NCBI GenBank assembly: GCA_964567365.1
Contig: CAZMMO010000001.1
Span: 4,511-47,490 of the forward strand
Source of the DNA: an uncultured Rhodanobacteraceae bacterium
Lineage (GTDB): Bacteria; Pseudomonadota; Gammaproteobacteria; Xanthomonadales; Rhodanobacteraceae
Length of the DNA: 42,980 nucleotides
Direction: 5' to 3'
The position numbers and the translations under genes are program-made. The notes below the pieces were generated by a model. It was not told where the DNA came from and did not search any database. It saw only the letters and a list, made by a program, of their open reading frames with translations. How positions within the stretch are numbered: the first letter of the stretch is position 1; each line of letters opens with the position of its first letter. This document shows, piece by piece, positions 19,935 through 28,484 of this stretch.

Positions 19935-22925
19935 ATGAGTGATACGGTTTTTCGGTTTTGTGGAATACGTCGTCTTTTAAGTGGTTCAATCATCATGGCG
20001 CTCGCTTTTCCGGCCTTGGCATTTGGCCAGGCCAATGCGGACAGCCAACAGAACAAGGTTCAGAATCTGTCGGCGGTAACGGTAACGGGATCGCATATTC
20101 CCCGCACCGACCTCGTGACGTCCCAGCCCGTGTTGAACATCTCCCATCAGGAGATCGAAAACAGCGGAATCAAGACCGTCGGCCAGTTTCTCGACAACAT
20201 GACTTCCGTAGGATTCGTGGAAGGATCCGTATCCGGCGCATGGTCCGGTGACGGCTCCGAACGAGTCGATCTGCGCTATCTGGGCGCCAACCGTCTGCTT
20301 GTCCTGCTCAACGGGAAACGCGTGCCGTCGAGCTTCGGCGGCACGGTCGACATGAACCAGATCCCGATTTCCATCGTCGATCGTATCGAGATCCTGAAGG
20401 ATGGGGCCTCGGCGGTTTATGGCGCCGACGCAATAGCCGGCGTCATCAACATCATTACCAAGAAGGACCTCAACGGGTTCAATGTCTCCGCCTACTATGG
20501 CGTTGCCCAGGGACCCAAGAACAATGTATGGGACAGCCATACCACGCACGTCGACCTCTCCTTCGGCCGGTCTGGCGACTGGGGGCACGTGCTTGTCGAT
20601 ACCTCCTTCATGAAGGCCGGCGGCATTTCCGGAACCGGTCGCGACTTTGCCATCTACCCGTCCTCGTTCAACAACACTCGCGGGGATCTGGCGTCGCCGG
20701 AAGGTGATTTCATGTTCTGGGCGCCTACCGAAGGCGATCCGACGAAGCCCGGCACCGTGCCGGCGCCGTATACCGGCCTGACCGCGGCGCAGTGCCCGGA
20801 CCAACAAACCCCGGAGGGGTACTACATTCCGTTCTGCCACCTGGCGAAGACGCCGATGACCTCGGGCAAGAATGCCGCGGATTATCATGTCTGGTCCAAT
20901 ACGGACCGGTGGATGAAGGGGACGCAGACGAACCTGATCACCATTCCGCAAAACATCAAGAATGTTTTCGTGGAGGGAAGCTACAACATCGCCCCGTCGG
21001 TCACGCTCAGCGTCAGTGCGTTGTACAACGACCGGCAGTCGACCCGTCCCCAGAGCCCCGACGTGGACTGGTTCGACAATGTCGGTACGGATATCGGAAT
21101 CGGCAAGAACGGCAACCCGTTCGGCTTCCGGCTGGCCAAGGGCATACCGGTCCAGGTCGCAACGACGCCCGGCGGTGATCCGGTCATCCTGCAGGACGGA
21201 ACCTTGCAGGGCATCTATCGGAACACGCCGGAGCAGGGCATCCGCATCCATTACATGGAAGCCCGGACCATGTTGTTCTCGGGCGGGCTCAAGGGCCATT
21301 TCTCGTCCGGGTCGACCATCTGGCACTGGGACCTCGATTATGTCTACGGCTCCTACAAACTCAGCAACAAGGAGTCGGGCGCATCGGACACCAACGCGCT
21401 CACCATGGCCATCAACCCGAATTGCTCGTCCATCCCCGGCTGTGTACCCCTGGACCTGTTCCGCGGGCAGGGGGCCGATGGAAAGAGTGGTTGGACGCAG
21501 GCCATGGTCGACTATATTTCCCCGGCCATCGTGCTCAACGAGCTGGACCGCAAGAACACCAGGGTCCTGGATGCCGGCCTTTCCACTTCGAACCTCATCG
21601 ACCTGCCTGCGGGCGGCCTGGGCTTCGCGCTCGGCGTCCAGCGCAGGGACATCTCCGGTGCGACGGAGGTGCCCGGACTGAATATCCCGAACCTGTGGAA
21701 CTCGACGCCGTCCCAGGGCCTGTCGGGGGAATACAGCGTGAATTCCGCATATGTGGAGTTCAACGTTCCCGTCTTGAGCAGCCTGCCCGGGGCCCAGTAC
21801 CTGGCCGTGGACGTCGCTGCCCGCCACGAGGATTACAGTACCTTCGGCACCACCAACACGGGGCGCCTGGGAATTTTGTACCAGCCCATCGAGGACGTGG
21901 TGATTCGCGGCAGTTATTCGGAGGGATTCCGGGCGGCGGACCTGGAGGAGCTGTATTCGCCGCTTTCCCGCGGCTATCCGTACGTCGCCGATCCGTGCTC
22001 CAACTACACGGCACCGGGTACCCCGGGTTCCATTGCCAGCAATTGCGCGGCAGCCGGAGTTCCGGCGAGCTATGTCCAGGGCACTCCGCAGATCAATGGC
22101 ATCTACGCCGGAAACCCCGACCTGAAGCCGGAAACCTCCAAGTCCAAGACATTGGGCCTGGTGTACAGTCCCTCCCAGTTGCCGGGCCTCAACATCAGCC
22201 TGGATTACTACCATATCGATCTGAGCCAGGAGATTTCTTCGTTTGGCGGCAAGCAGATCCTCGATTTCTGCTATGAATCGGGGCTTCCACAATTCTGTTC
22301 GCTTGTCGAGCGTGAATCCAACGGGACCATCAAGCAGGTACGCATTACCTCCACCAACGTCGGAAAGACCAAGACGGCGGGCGTCGACCTGGATATGGCC
22401 TATCACTTCCCCCAGACCTCGTTCGGCCAATTCGGGTTGAAGGTGAATGCCACACACGTGAATTATTTCACCGAATACAATCCGCGCCCGGATGGATCCG
22501 TTGCCGTCACGCAGATGGTCGGAAACCTGGATTATCGGATCGTTCCGCAGTTGAAGAGTTATGCCAGCGTCGATTTCAAGCGTGGCCCCTTCTACGCCGC
22601 CTTCATAGGGCATTACTTCAGTGGTTTCACCGGAAGCTGCTCGGATGGCATGGACGGAACGCAGTACAGCCTCACCAATCTCGGGTTCTGCACCCACCCG
22701 AACAAGGAGAACAACGCGCTGTCCACCACCCATCGCGATGCGTTGAGCTGGTTTGACCTGCACCTGAGCTATCGTGCAAGTTCGGACCTCAGCTTCTCGT
22801 TCGGCGTCAACAACATCTTCGGCCAGACGCCCAAGGGCAATCGCGAGGGCTACCGGTTCGTACCCGCACTGGATTACGGCGTATTCAGCCGGTTCTTCTA
22901 CACGCAGGTGGAAGCCAAGTTCTAG
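19935..22925 (+). CDS. TonB-dependent receptor 3
   Basis: Signal peptide, VTVTGSHI, RLLVLLNGKR, IEILKDGASAVYGADAIAGVINIITK, GNPDLKPETS, C-terminal F. Start 19929 or 19935. Confidence 0.93.
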   Translation: MSDTVFRFCGIRRLLSGSIIMALAFPALAFGQANADSQQNKVQNLSAVTVTGSHIPRTDLVTSQPVLNISHQEIENSGIKTVGQFLDNMTSVGFVEGSVSGAWSGDGSERVDLRYLGANRLLVLLNGKRVPSSFGGTVDMNQIPISIVDRIEILKDGASAVYGADAIAGVINIITKKDLNGFNVSAYYGVAQGPKNNVWDSHTTHVDLSFGRSGDWGHVLVDTSFMKAGGISGTGRDFAIYPSSFNNTRGDLASPEGDFMFWAPTEGDPTKPGTVPAPYTGLTAAQCPDQQTPEGYYIPFCHLAKTPMTSGKNAADYHVWSNTDRWMKGTQTNLITIPQNIKNVFVEGSYNIAPSVTLSVSALYNDRQSTRPQSPDVDWFDNVGTDIGIGKNGNPFGFRLAKGIPVQVATTPGGDPVILQDGTLQGIYRNTPEQGIRIHYMEARTMLFSGGLKGHFSSGSTIWHWDLDYVYGSYKLSNKESGASDTNALTMAINPNCSSIPGCVPLDLFRGQGADGKSGWTQAMVDYISPAIVLNELDRKNTRVLDAGLSTSNLIDLPAGGLGFALGVQRRDISGATEVPGLNIPNLWNSTPSQGLSGEYSVNSAYVEFNVPVLSSLPGAQYLAVDVAARHEDYSTFGTTNTGRLGILYQPIEDVVIRGSYSEGFRAADLEELYSPLSRGYPYVADPCSNYTAPGTPGSIASNCAAAGVPASYVQGTPQINGIYAGNPDLKPETSKSKTLGLVYSPSQLPGLNISLDYYHIDLSQEISSFGGKQILDFCYESGLPQFCSLVERESNGTIKQVRITSTNVGKTKTAGVDLDMAYHFPQTSFGQFGLKVNATHVNYFTEYNPRPDGSVAVTQMVGNLDYRIVPQLKSYASVDFKRGPFYAAFIGHYFSGFTGSCSDGMDGTQYSLTNLGFCTHPNKENNALSTTHRDALSWFDLHLSYRASSDLSFSFGVNNIFGQTPKGNREGYRFVPALDYGVFSRFFYTQVEAKF

Positions 22926-22952
22926 GCCGGATATTCAGCAGGATGGAGAAGC

Positions 22953-22989
22953 CGCCCCTGTCCCGTCACTTCGTGGCGGGGCAGGGGCG
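22953..22989. terminator. GC-rich hairpin between convergent TBDR3 and ggt2
   Basis: CGCCCCTGTCCCGTCAC-TTC-GTGGCGGGGCAGGGGCG. Confidence 0.6.
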
Positions 22990-23021
22990 TTGGTTTATGA
23001 GTTCCCTTGCCATCGGCCGGG

Positions 23022-24797
23022 TCAGTAACCGGCGGCCAGGCCGGCAGGACGCCTGCGGTCATTGGCGCCTTCCAACAGGCCGGTTTTCGGGTTGACCACG
23101 ATGGCCTCGTCGGCACCCCACGACTTGACGTGCTTGAAGGTGTAGCCCATCGCCTGGAGTCTGCCTTGCGCCGCATCGGTCAACAGACCCGGCTCGACGA
23201 ACACCTTCTGTGGCCACCATTGCTGGTGCATGCGCGGGGCGTTGACGGCTTGCTGCGCGTTCATGCCGAAGTCGATGACGTTGAGGATGGATTCGAGCGT
23301 GGTCGAGATGATGGTCGAGCCGCCGGGGCTGCCGGTCACCATGAACAGCTTGCCATCCTTGAGCACGATGGTCGGCGACATCGAGCTCAATGGGCGCTTG
23401 CCCGGTTCGATCTGGTTGATCTTGCCTTGCACCAGGCCGAACGAATTGGGCACGCCCGGCTTGGAGGTGAAGTCGTCCATCTCGTTGTTGAGGAAGAAGC
23501 CGGTGTCGCCGGCGATCTGCGCGATGCCGAACAGATAGTTGATGGTGTAGGTGACCGCCACCGCGTTGCCGTGGGCATCGACCACGGAGTAGTGCGTGGT
23601 ATTGGTGCCTTCGGGAGAACCCAGGCTACCCTTGACCTGGATCGATGGCGTGGCCCTGTCGGGCTCGATGGTGGCGCGCATCTTGGCCAGATGCGCGGGT
23701 GAGAGCAGCTTGTCGATGGGGTTGTGCACGAAGGCCGGATCCCCCAGGTAGGTATTGCGGTCGGCAAAGGCGCGACGTTCGGCCTCGGCAAGGTAGTGCA
23801 CGGTCTTGACCGAACCGTAACCCCACTGGTCCAGCGGGTAGGGCTCGAGAATGCCGAGGATCTGGCAGATGGTTACGCCGCCCGAACTCGGCGGTGGCGC
23901 CGAGATGATGGTGTAGCCGCGGTAGTTGCAACGGATCGGCCGGTCCCATTGCGCGGTGTAGCCGGCGAAGTCCTGCATCGACAGGATACCGCCGTGGGCT
24001 TCGCTGGCCTTGACCACGGCCCGGGCGATCGACCCCTCGTAGAAGGCCTTGGTACCACCCTTGGCAATCTTCTCCAGGGTATGGGCCAGATCGGTCTGCA
24101 CCAGCCGTTCGCCAGCCTTCCACGGTTTGCCGTCGTGGAGGAAGATGGCCGCCACGTTGGGATGCTTGGCAAAATCCTTGCTGCGCCGGTCCAGAATGCG
24201 TACGTCGCCGGGCTTGAGCACGTAGCCCTGGCGGGCCAGTTTGATGGCCGGCGCGATCACCTGCGCCAGGCTCATGGTGCCGTATTTCTCCAGCGCGGTA
24301 TCGAGCCCCATCACCGTGCCGGGCACGCCCACGCCAAGGTAGGTCCCGGTCGAGCGGCCCTTGACCACGTGGCCCTCGGCATCCTGGTACATGTCGGTGG
24401 TGGCCTTGAGCGGGGCCTTTTCACGGAAATCCAGGAAGGCGTTCTTGCCGTTGGCCAGATGGATGACCATGAAGCCGCCGCCGCCGATGTTGCCGCAGCA
24501 CGGGTGCACCACAGCCTCCGCATAGCCGACGGCCACCGCGGCGTCGATGGCGTTGCCGCCTTGCTTGAGAATGTCCAGCCCGACCTGGGTGGCCAGGTGC
24601 TGGGCACTGACCACCATGGCATGCCTGGACGTGACCGGCCGGGCCTTGGCCAGCGCCGCACGCGTGGTGGCCGGTGCGGTAGTGTCGACCGCGCGTGTGA
24701 CGCCATGGTTTGCGTATGGTGACTGGATGGCCAGGGCGGCAATGGGAGTGGCTGATAGCAGGGCTGCTGCCACCCATGTAGGAAATGGCTTGTGCAT
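23022..24797 (-). CDS. ggt: Gamma-glutamyltransferase 2, secreted/periplasmic
   Basis: Sec signal (ALA-I), GGNAIDAAVA, TTHYSVVD, NNEMDDF, KRPLSSMSP, canonical GSPGGS; close paralogue of ggt1. Confidence 0.93.
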   Translation of the reverse strand: MHKPFPTWVAAALLSATPIAALAIQSPYANHGVTRAVDTTAPATTRAALAKARPVTSRHAMVVSAQHLATQVGLDILKQGGNAIDAAVAVGYAEAVVHPCCGNIGGGGFMVIHLANGKNAFLDFREKAPLKATTDMYQDAEGHVVKGRSTGTYLGVGVPGTVMGLDTALEKYGTMSLAQVIAPAIKLARQGYVLKPGDVRILDRRSKDFAKHPNVAAIFLHDGKPWKAGERLVQTDLAHTLEKIAKGGTKAFYEGSIARAVVKASEAHGGILSMQDFAGYTAQWDRPIRCNYRGYTIISAPPPSSGGVTICQILGILEPYPLDQWGYGSVKTVHYLAEAERRAFADRNTYLGDPAFVHNPIDKLLSPAHLAKMRATIEPDRATPSIQVKGSLGSPEGTNTTHYSVVDAHGNAVAVTYTINYLFGIAQIAGDTGFFLNNEMDDFTSKPGVPNSFGLVQGKINQIEPGKRPLSSMSPTIVLKDGKLFMVTGSPGGSTIISTTLESILNVIDFGMNAQQAVNAPRMHQQWWPQKVFVEPGLLTDAAQGRLQAMGYTFKHVKSWGADEAIVVNPKTGLLEGANDRRRPAGLAAGY

Positions 24798-24982
24798 GGG
24801 GATTGCTCTCTGGATCGCAAGGAAAGGAAAGTGTGGAAAATGTCACCGCCGGCGGTGGTCCCGTCTCTGGATTTCGGATGCGCCGATCAAATCATGTGGG
24901 CAACTGGATTCGACAAACCGGGCCGTTCGAGATCCCATGCAGGGGCGGATAAACTCAATCAAAATCATTTCATGCGTCATGT

Positions 24983-26596
24983 TCATTGATGGTCAGCAAG
25001 TATCATGTCGGATGCTTTCTCGGCAATCATTATGGTTGGCGCATTCGTATTTCCGGACACAATATAGGGCATTATTGACGCGTCAACGACACGCAGACCT
25101 CTCAAGCCGCGTACACGCAACCGGCTGTCAGCGACCGCCATCGAATCCGTACCCATTTTGCAAGTGCCGACCGGATGATAGATGGACTGGCTGTTCAGCC
25201 GTGCCGCCTGCAGCAACTCGTCATCGCTCTGGTATTGCGAGCCGGGCGCGAATTCCGACACGATTTCTGTCGCAAGCGACGGTGCCTGGGTAATGCGTCG
25301 CGCCACTTTGATTGCGTCGACAGCGACCCTCTGGTCACGCTCGTCGTGCAGATAGTTTGCGCGGATCAACGGATGCCGCGTCGGATCGGATGATTGAATT
25401 GCGATCTCTCCCCGGCTATACGGCCGCAGTTGGCATACCGAGCTGGTGAAGGCAGAAAAGGGGTGTGCTCCCGCACCGGGTTCGTCTGCGCTCAGCGGTT
25501 GCATGTGGAACTGGATATCGGGCCGTACGACCGACGGATTCGACCGCGTGAATATGTACACCTGACTGGCTGCCATGGTGAGCGGCCCTGTACGGCTCAG
25601 CATATATTGAAGCCCCATGCGAACCCTCGAGAACAGGCTGTTGACCTCGTCATTCATGGTTTTGCTGCGCGTTGCGTATACAAGGCGGATTTGCAGATGG
25701 TCCTGAAGATTTTTTCCGACCCCTGGCAGATCTTGTAATACCGGAATCCCGACCTTGTCGAGCAGGGCGCTGGGCCCGATCCCCGACAGCTGAAGGATTT
25801 TTGGGGAGCCAACCGTACCGCCGGACAGGATGACCTCCTTGCCAGCTCGAGCTTGGTGTATTTTGCCTGCATGCCGGTATTCGACCCCAATGGCCCGTTT
25901 GCCCTCAAATAAAATACGCGTGACCATTGCATTCGTGATCGTGGACAGGTTCGTCCGCTTTCTCGCCGGTCGAAGAAAGGCTTTGGCTGTGCTGCAACGA
26001 AATCCCTTGGATGCGGTCTGCTGAAAATAGCCGGCACCTTCCTGTCTGGCACCGTTGCAGTCATCGTTGAAGGGGATTCCGATTTCAGTCGCCGCTGCAA
26101 TGAAACGATCGGCGATCGGGCGACGTATCCTGGGGTCGGATACTTTCAGCGGACCGCCCACGCCATGGAATGCATTGCCGCCATGCGCCTGGTCTTCGGA
26201 TTTCTTGAAGTAGGGCAAGATCTCGGCGAAACTCCAGCCGGTGTTGCCAAGTGCAGCCCAGTGATCGTAATCCTCGGGCTGTCCGCGCACGTACAGCAGG
26301 CCATTGAGTGAGCTGCTTCCGCCCAGTACTTTCCCCCTGGGCCATTGGATCCGGCGCCCGCCCACACTGTCGTCGGCTTCGGTCAGGTAGCACCAGTCGT
26401 ACCTGGGGTTGTGCATCGTCTTGAAGTAACCGACCGGGATATGGATCCAGATGTGGTTGTCCAGTCCACCGGCCTCCAGCAGAAGCACGCGACTTCTTGT
26501 GTCGGCCGACAATCGGTTGGCCAGGACGCAGCCCGCGGATCCCGCTCCGATGATGATGTAGTCGGCCGATTCCGTAATAGCGACGCTTTTTGTCAT
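24983..26596 (-). CDS. GMC oxidoreductase; by context a candidate isethionate dehydrogenase (IseJ-like)
   Basis: DYIIIGAGSAGC, RGKVLGGSSSLNG, VGKNLQDH, YHPVGTCKMG, GNTNAP; lies downstream of xsc and tauY. Family is secure; substrate is inferred. Confidence 0.85.
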   Translation of the reverse strand: MTKSVAITESADYIIIGAGSAGCVLANRLSADTRSRVLLLEAGGLDNHIWIHIPVGYFKTMHNPRYDWCYLTEADDSVGGRRIQWPRGKVLGGSSSLNGLLYVRGQPEDYDHWAALGNTGWSFAEILPYFKKSEDQAHGGNAFHGVGGPLKVSDPRIRRPIADRFIAAATEIGIPFNDDCNGARQEGAGYFQQTASKGFRCSTAKAFLRPARKRTNLSTITNAMVTRILFEGKRAIGVEYRHAGKIHQARAGKEVILSGGTVGSPKILQLSGIGPSALLDKVGIPVLQDLPGVGKNLQDHLQIRLVYATRSKTMNDEVNSLFSRVRMGLQYMLSRTGPLTMAASQVYIFTRSNPSVVRPDIQFHMQPLSADEPGAGAHPFSAFTSSVCQLRPYSRGEIAIQSSDPTRHPLIRANYLHDERDQRVAVDAIKVARRITQAPSLATEIVSEFAPGSQYQSDDELLQAARLNSQSIYHPVGTCKMGTDSMAVADSRLRVRGLRGLRVVDASIMPYIVSGNTNAPTIMIAEKASDMILADHQ

Positions 26597-26756
26597 CGGC
26601 ATGCCTGCTGGCAAGGATGCATGACGCCAAAATTCCTGCACGAATCAGTCGTCTGATACAAATGATCGGCTTCTGATGGGCCAAAGCCGCCGGACTCCCG
26701 GATTGCCCGGATGATGGGAAGATTCCGCCTGTAACAGTCGTCGGTCGAATGGCCGT

Positions 26757-28202
26757 TCAGAACACTTCGTCCTTGAGGTAGTACCAGCCATAAAGGAACC
26801 TTTGCCCAAGTCGACGATAGGGCGCCAAATGTTCCGACACGATCATGTCCCGGATATTTGGGAATGGCAATTTGGACTTGAAGATCGGAAGCGTCAATTC
26901 GCCGCCCTTGCCTGCAATGAGCTGAGCCAGCCGCTTTCCGGCCTGTGCGGAATACATGACGCCGTTGCCACCGTAACCTATCGCGTAATAAGTCGTTTGC
27001 GATGGATCGGGCTGATAGATGCGCGGCATCATGTCGTGACTGACGTCGACCCAGCCCCACCATGAATATTCAAACGGGATGCCGGTCAATGCCGGAAACT
27101 TTCGATACATGTCCCGCAGCAGCATATCCCGGTACTTCTCCTTGGACGCGGCATATCCGGTAATCGCGCTGCGGCTGCCAAATTGCAGCCGGTTGTCGGG
27201 CAGGAGCCGGTAGTAATGGCGCAATATCCGGGTGTCGGTCAGGACCTGTCGCGTCCTGAAATTGCAGGCGTCGATCTCGGCCTGTGTCAATGGACGGGTC
27301 ACCGCGTTGTTGGAGATGATCGGCATCAGGCGGTTCTTCAGCTCCGGATGCAATGTCTGCGAGGTATAGCCGCCCGTGGCGATTCCAACTGCCCGTGCCC
27401 GCACGATGCCGCCCGGAGTTCCCAGGTAGTGCACGCCGCCCCGTGTGTCCCAACTTTGGACCGGACTTGCGGGATGCACTTTTGCCCCCAGCATGCGGGC
27501 CTTCTCCAGATAGTTGAACGCAAGTTTGACGGGATGGATGCCGATGCCTTCCGGTTCGTGCAAGGCCCCGCAGGCCTCCTTGTCATCGACATATTCATGC
27601 CTGACTGTCGCCGCGTCGACGATTTGTGCATCGTAGTGAAAGGTTTCACGCAGCAGTCTGGCCTCTTTCTCAAGCGCGGCCATTCTTTTTTCCCTGTGCG
27701 CGATGAGCAGATGTCCGCCGGGCCGGGCATCACAGTCGACACCCTCGATCAGCTTCTTGAAATTTTCCATCCCCTCGACGCATTCGCGATGCAATGCAAG
27801 CGCAGTCTGCAGCCCATAACGTGCGATCCATTGCGAACGGCTCAGACGTCCCGAAGCGCACTGGGCCTGTCCTCCGTTACGGGTTGTGCACCCCCAGGCG
27901 ACACGATTCGCCTCCAGGACGGTGGCATGGATGCCATGTTCCTTTGCCAGATGGATGGCCGTTGCCAAGCCCGTGAATCCCGACCCGATGATTGCGACAT
28001 CGACGTCGACGTCTCCGGTGATGGGGCCATCGTCGGCGGGCGGGGAGCCTGCAGAAGCAACCCAATATGTCGGTGCGTACTCTTTCCCTTGCCCGGGATT
28101 CCGGTAGATCAACGGGTCGTAGGTCGGGTCATAGCTGTACAGGGCGGGAGTCGCGTTTGATCCTGGTACGAAATTGGATTGGGTTGAAGGGTTGGAAGAC
28201 AT
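26757..28202 (-). CDS. tauY: DAO-family flavoprotein, taurine dehydrogenase large subunit (TauY-like)
   Basis: YDPTYDPL...YAPTYW N-terminus, IIGSGFTG, WGCTTRNGGQAQ, GYGGNGVMYS; adjacent to xsc. Confidence 0.75.
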   Translation of the reverse strand: MSSNPSTQSNFVPGSNATPALYSYDPTYDPLIYRNPGQGKEYAPTYWVASAGSPPADDGPITGDVDVDVAIIGSGFTGLATAIHLAKEHGIHATVLEANRVAWGCTTRNGGQAQCASGRLSRSQWIARYGLQTALALHRECVEGMENFKKLIEGVDCDARPGGHLLIAHREKRMAALEKEARLLRETFHYDAQIVDAATVRHEYVDDKEACGALHEPEGIGIHPVKLAFNYLEKARMLGAKVHPASPVQSWDTRGGVHYLGTPGGIVRARAVGIATGGYTSQTLHPELKNRLMPIISNNAVTRPLTQAEIDACNFRTRQVLTDTRILRHYYRLLPDNRLQFGSRSAITGYAASKEKYRDMLLRDMYRKFPALTGIPFEYSWWGWVDVSHDMMPRIYQPDPSQTTYYAIGYGGNGVMYSAQAGKRLAQLIAGKGGELTLPIFKSKLPFPNIRDMIVSEHLAPYRRLGQRFLYGWYYLKDEVF

Positions 28203-28421
28203 GCTTGGGCAGTTCCTGAGAGGTGCTTCAATGGCAGCCTGCGTTGGACTTTCACAGTTGATGGGCCGGCGCCTGGACGCCATGGTCGGCGTCGTGGATC
28301 GGTATCCGGGTTCGATCGCCACCGGCCGATCCCGTGCCGGGCGTCCTCGACGATGGTCTTGCCATTCCAGAGTCCGGGCATGCCAACCGTGTGCAATCAA
28401 CGACAGAGGCATCGTTCCGGA

Positions 28422-28456
28422 TACTGGCGGACCAATCCGGGGACGACCCGCCAGTA
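28422..28456. other. Hairpin just downstream of xsc
   Basis: TACTGGCGG...CCGCCAGTA inverted repeat; no U-tract. Confidence 0.4.
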
Positions 28457-28484
28457 CGGGCTGATGTCGTCTGCGGCAATTTGC

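Noticed and set aside
20431-20440. CAATAGCCGG resembling the TauR-type operator
   Set aside because: Inside the TBDR3 plug motif (DAIAG), mismatched, and lacking the second repeat 23 nt away.
24983-26596. Choline dehydrogenase betA
   Set aside because: No betB, betI or betT nearby; context favours a sulfonate alcohol dehydrogenase, so no symbol assigned.
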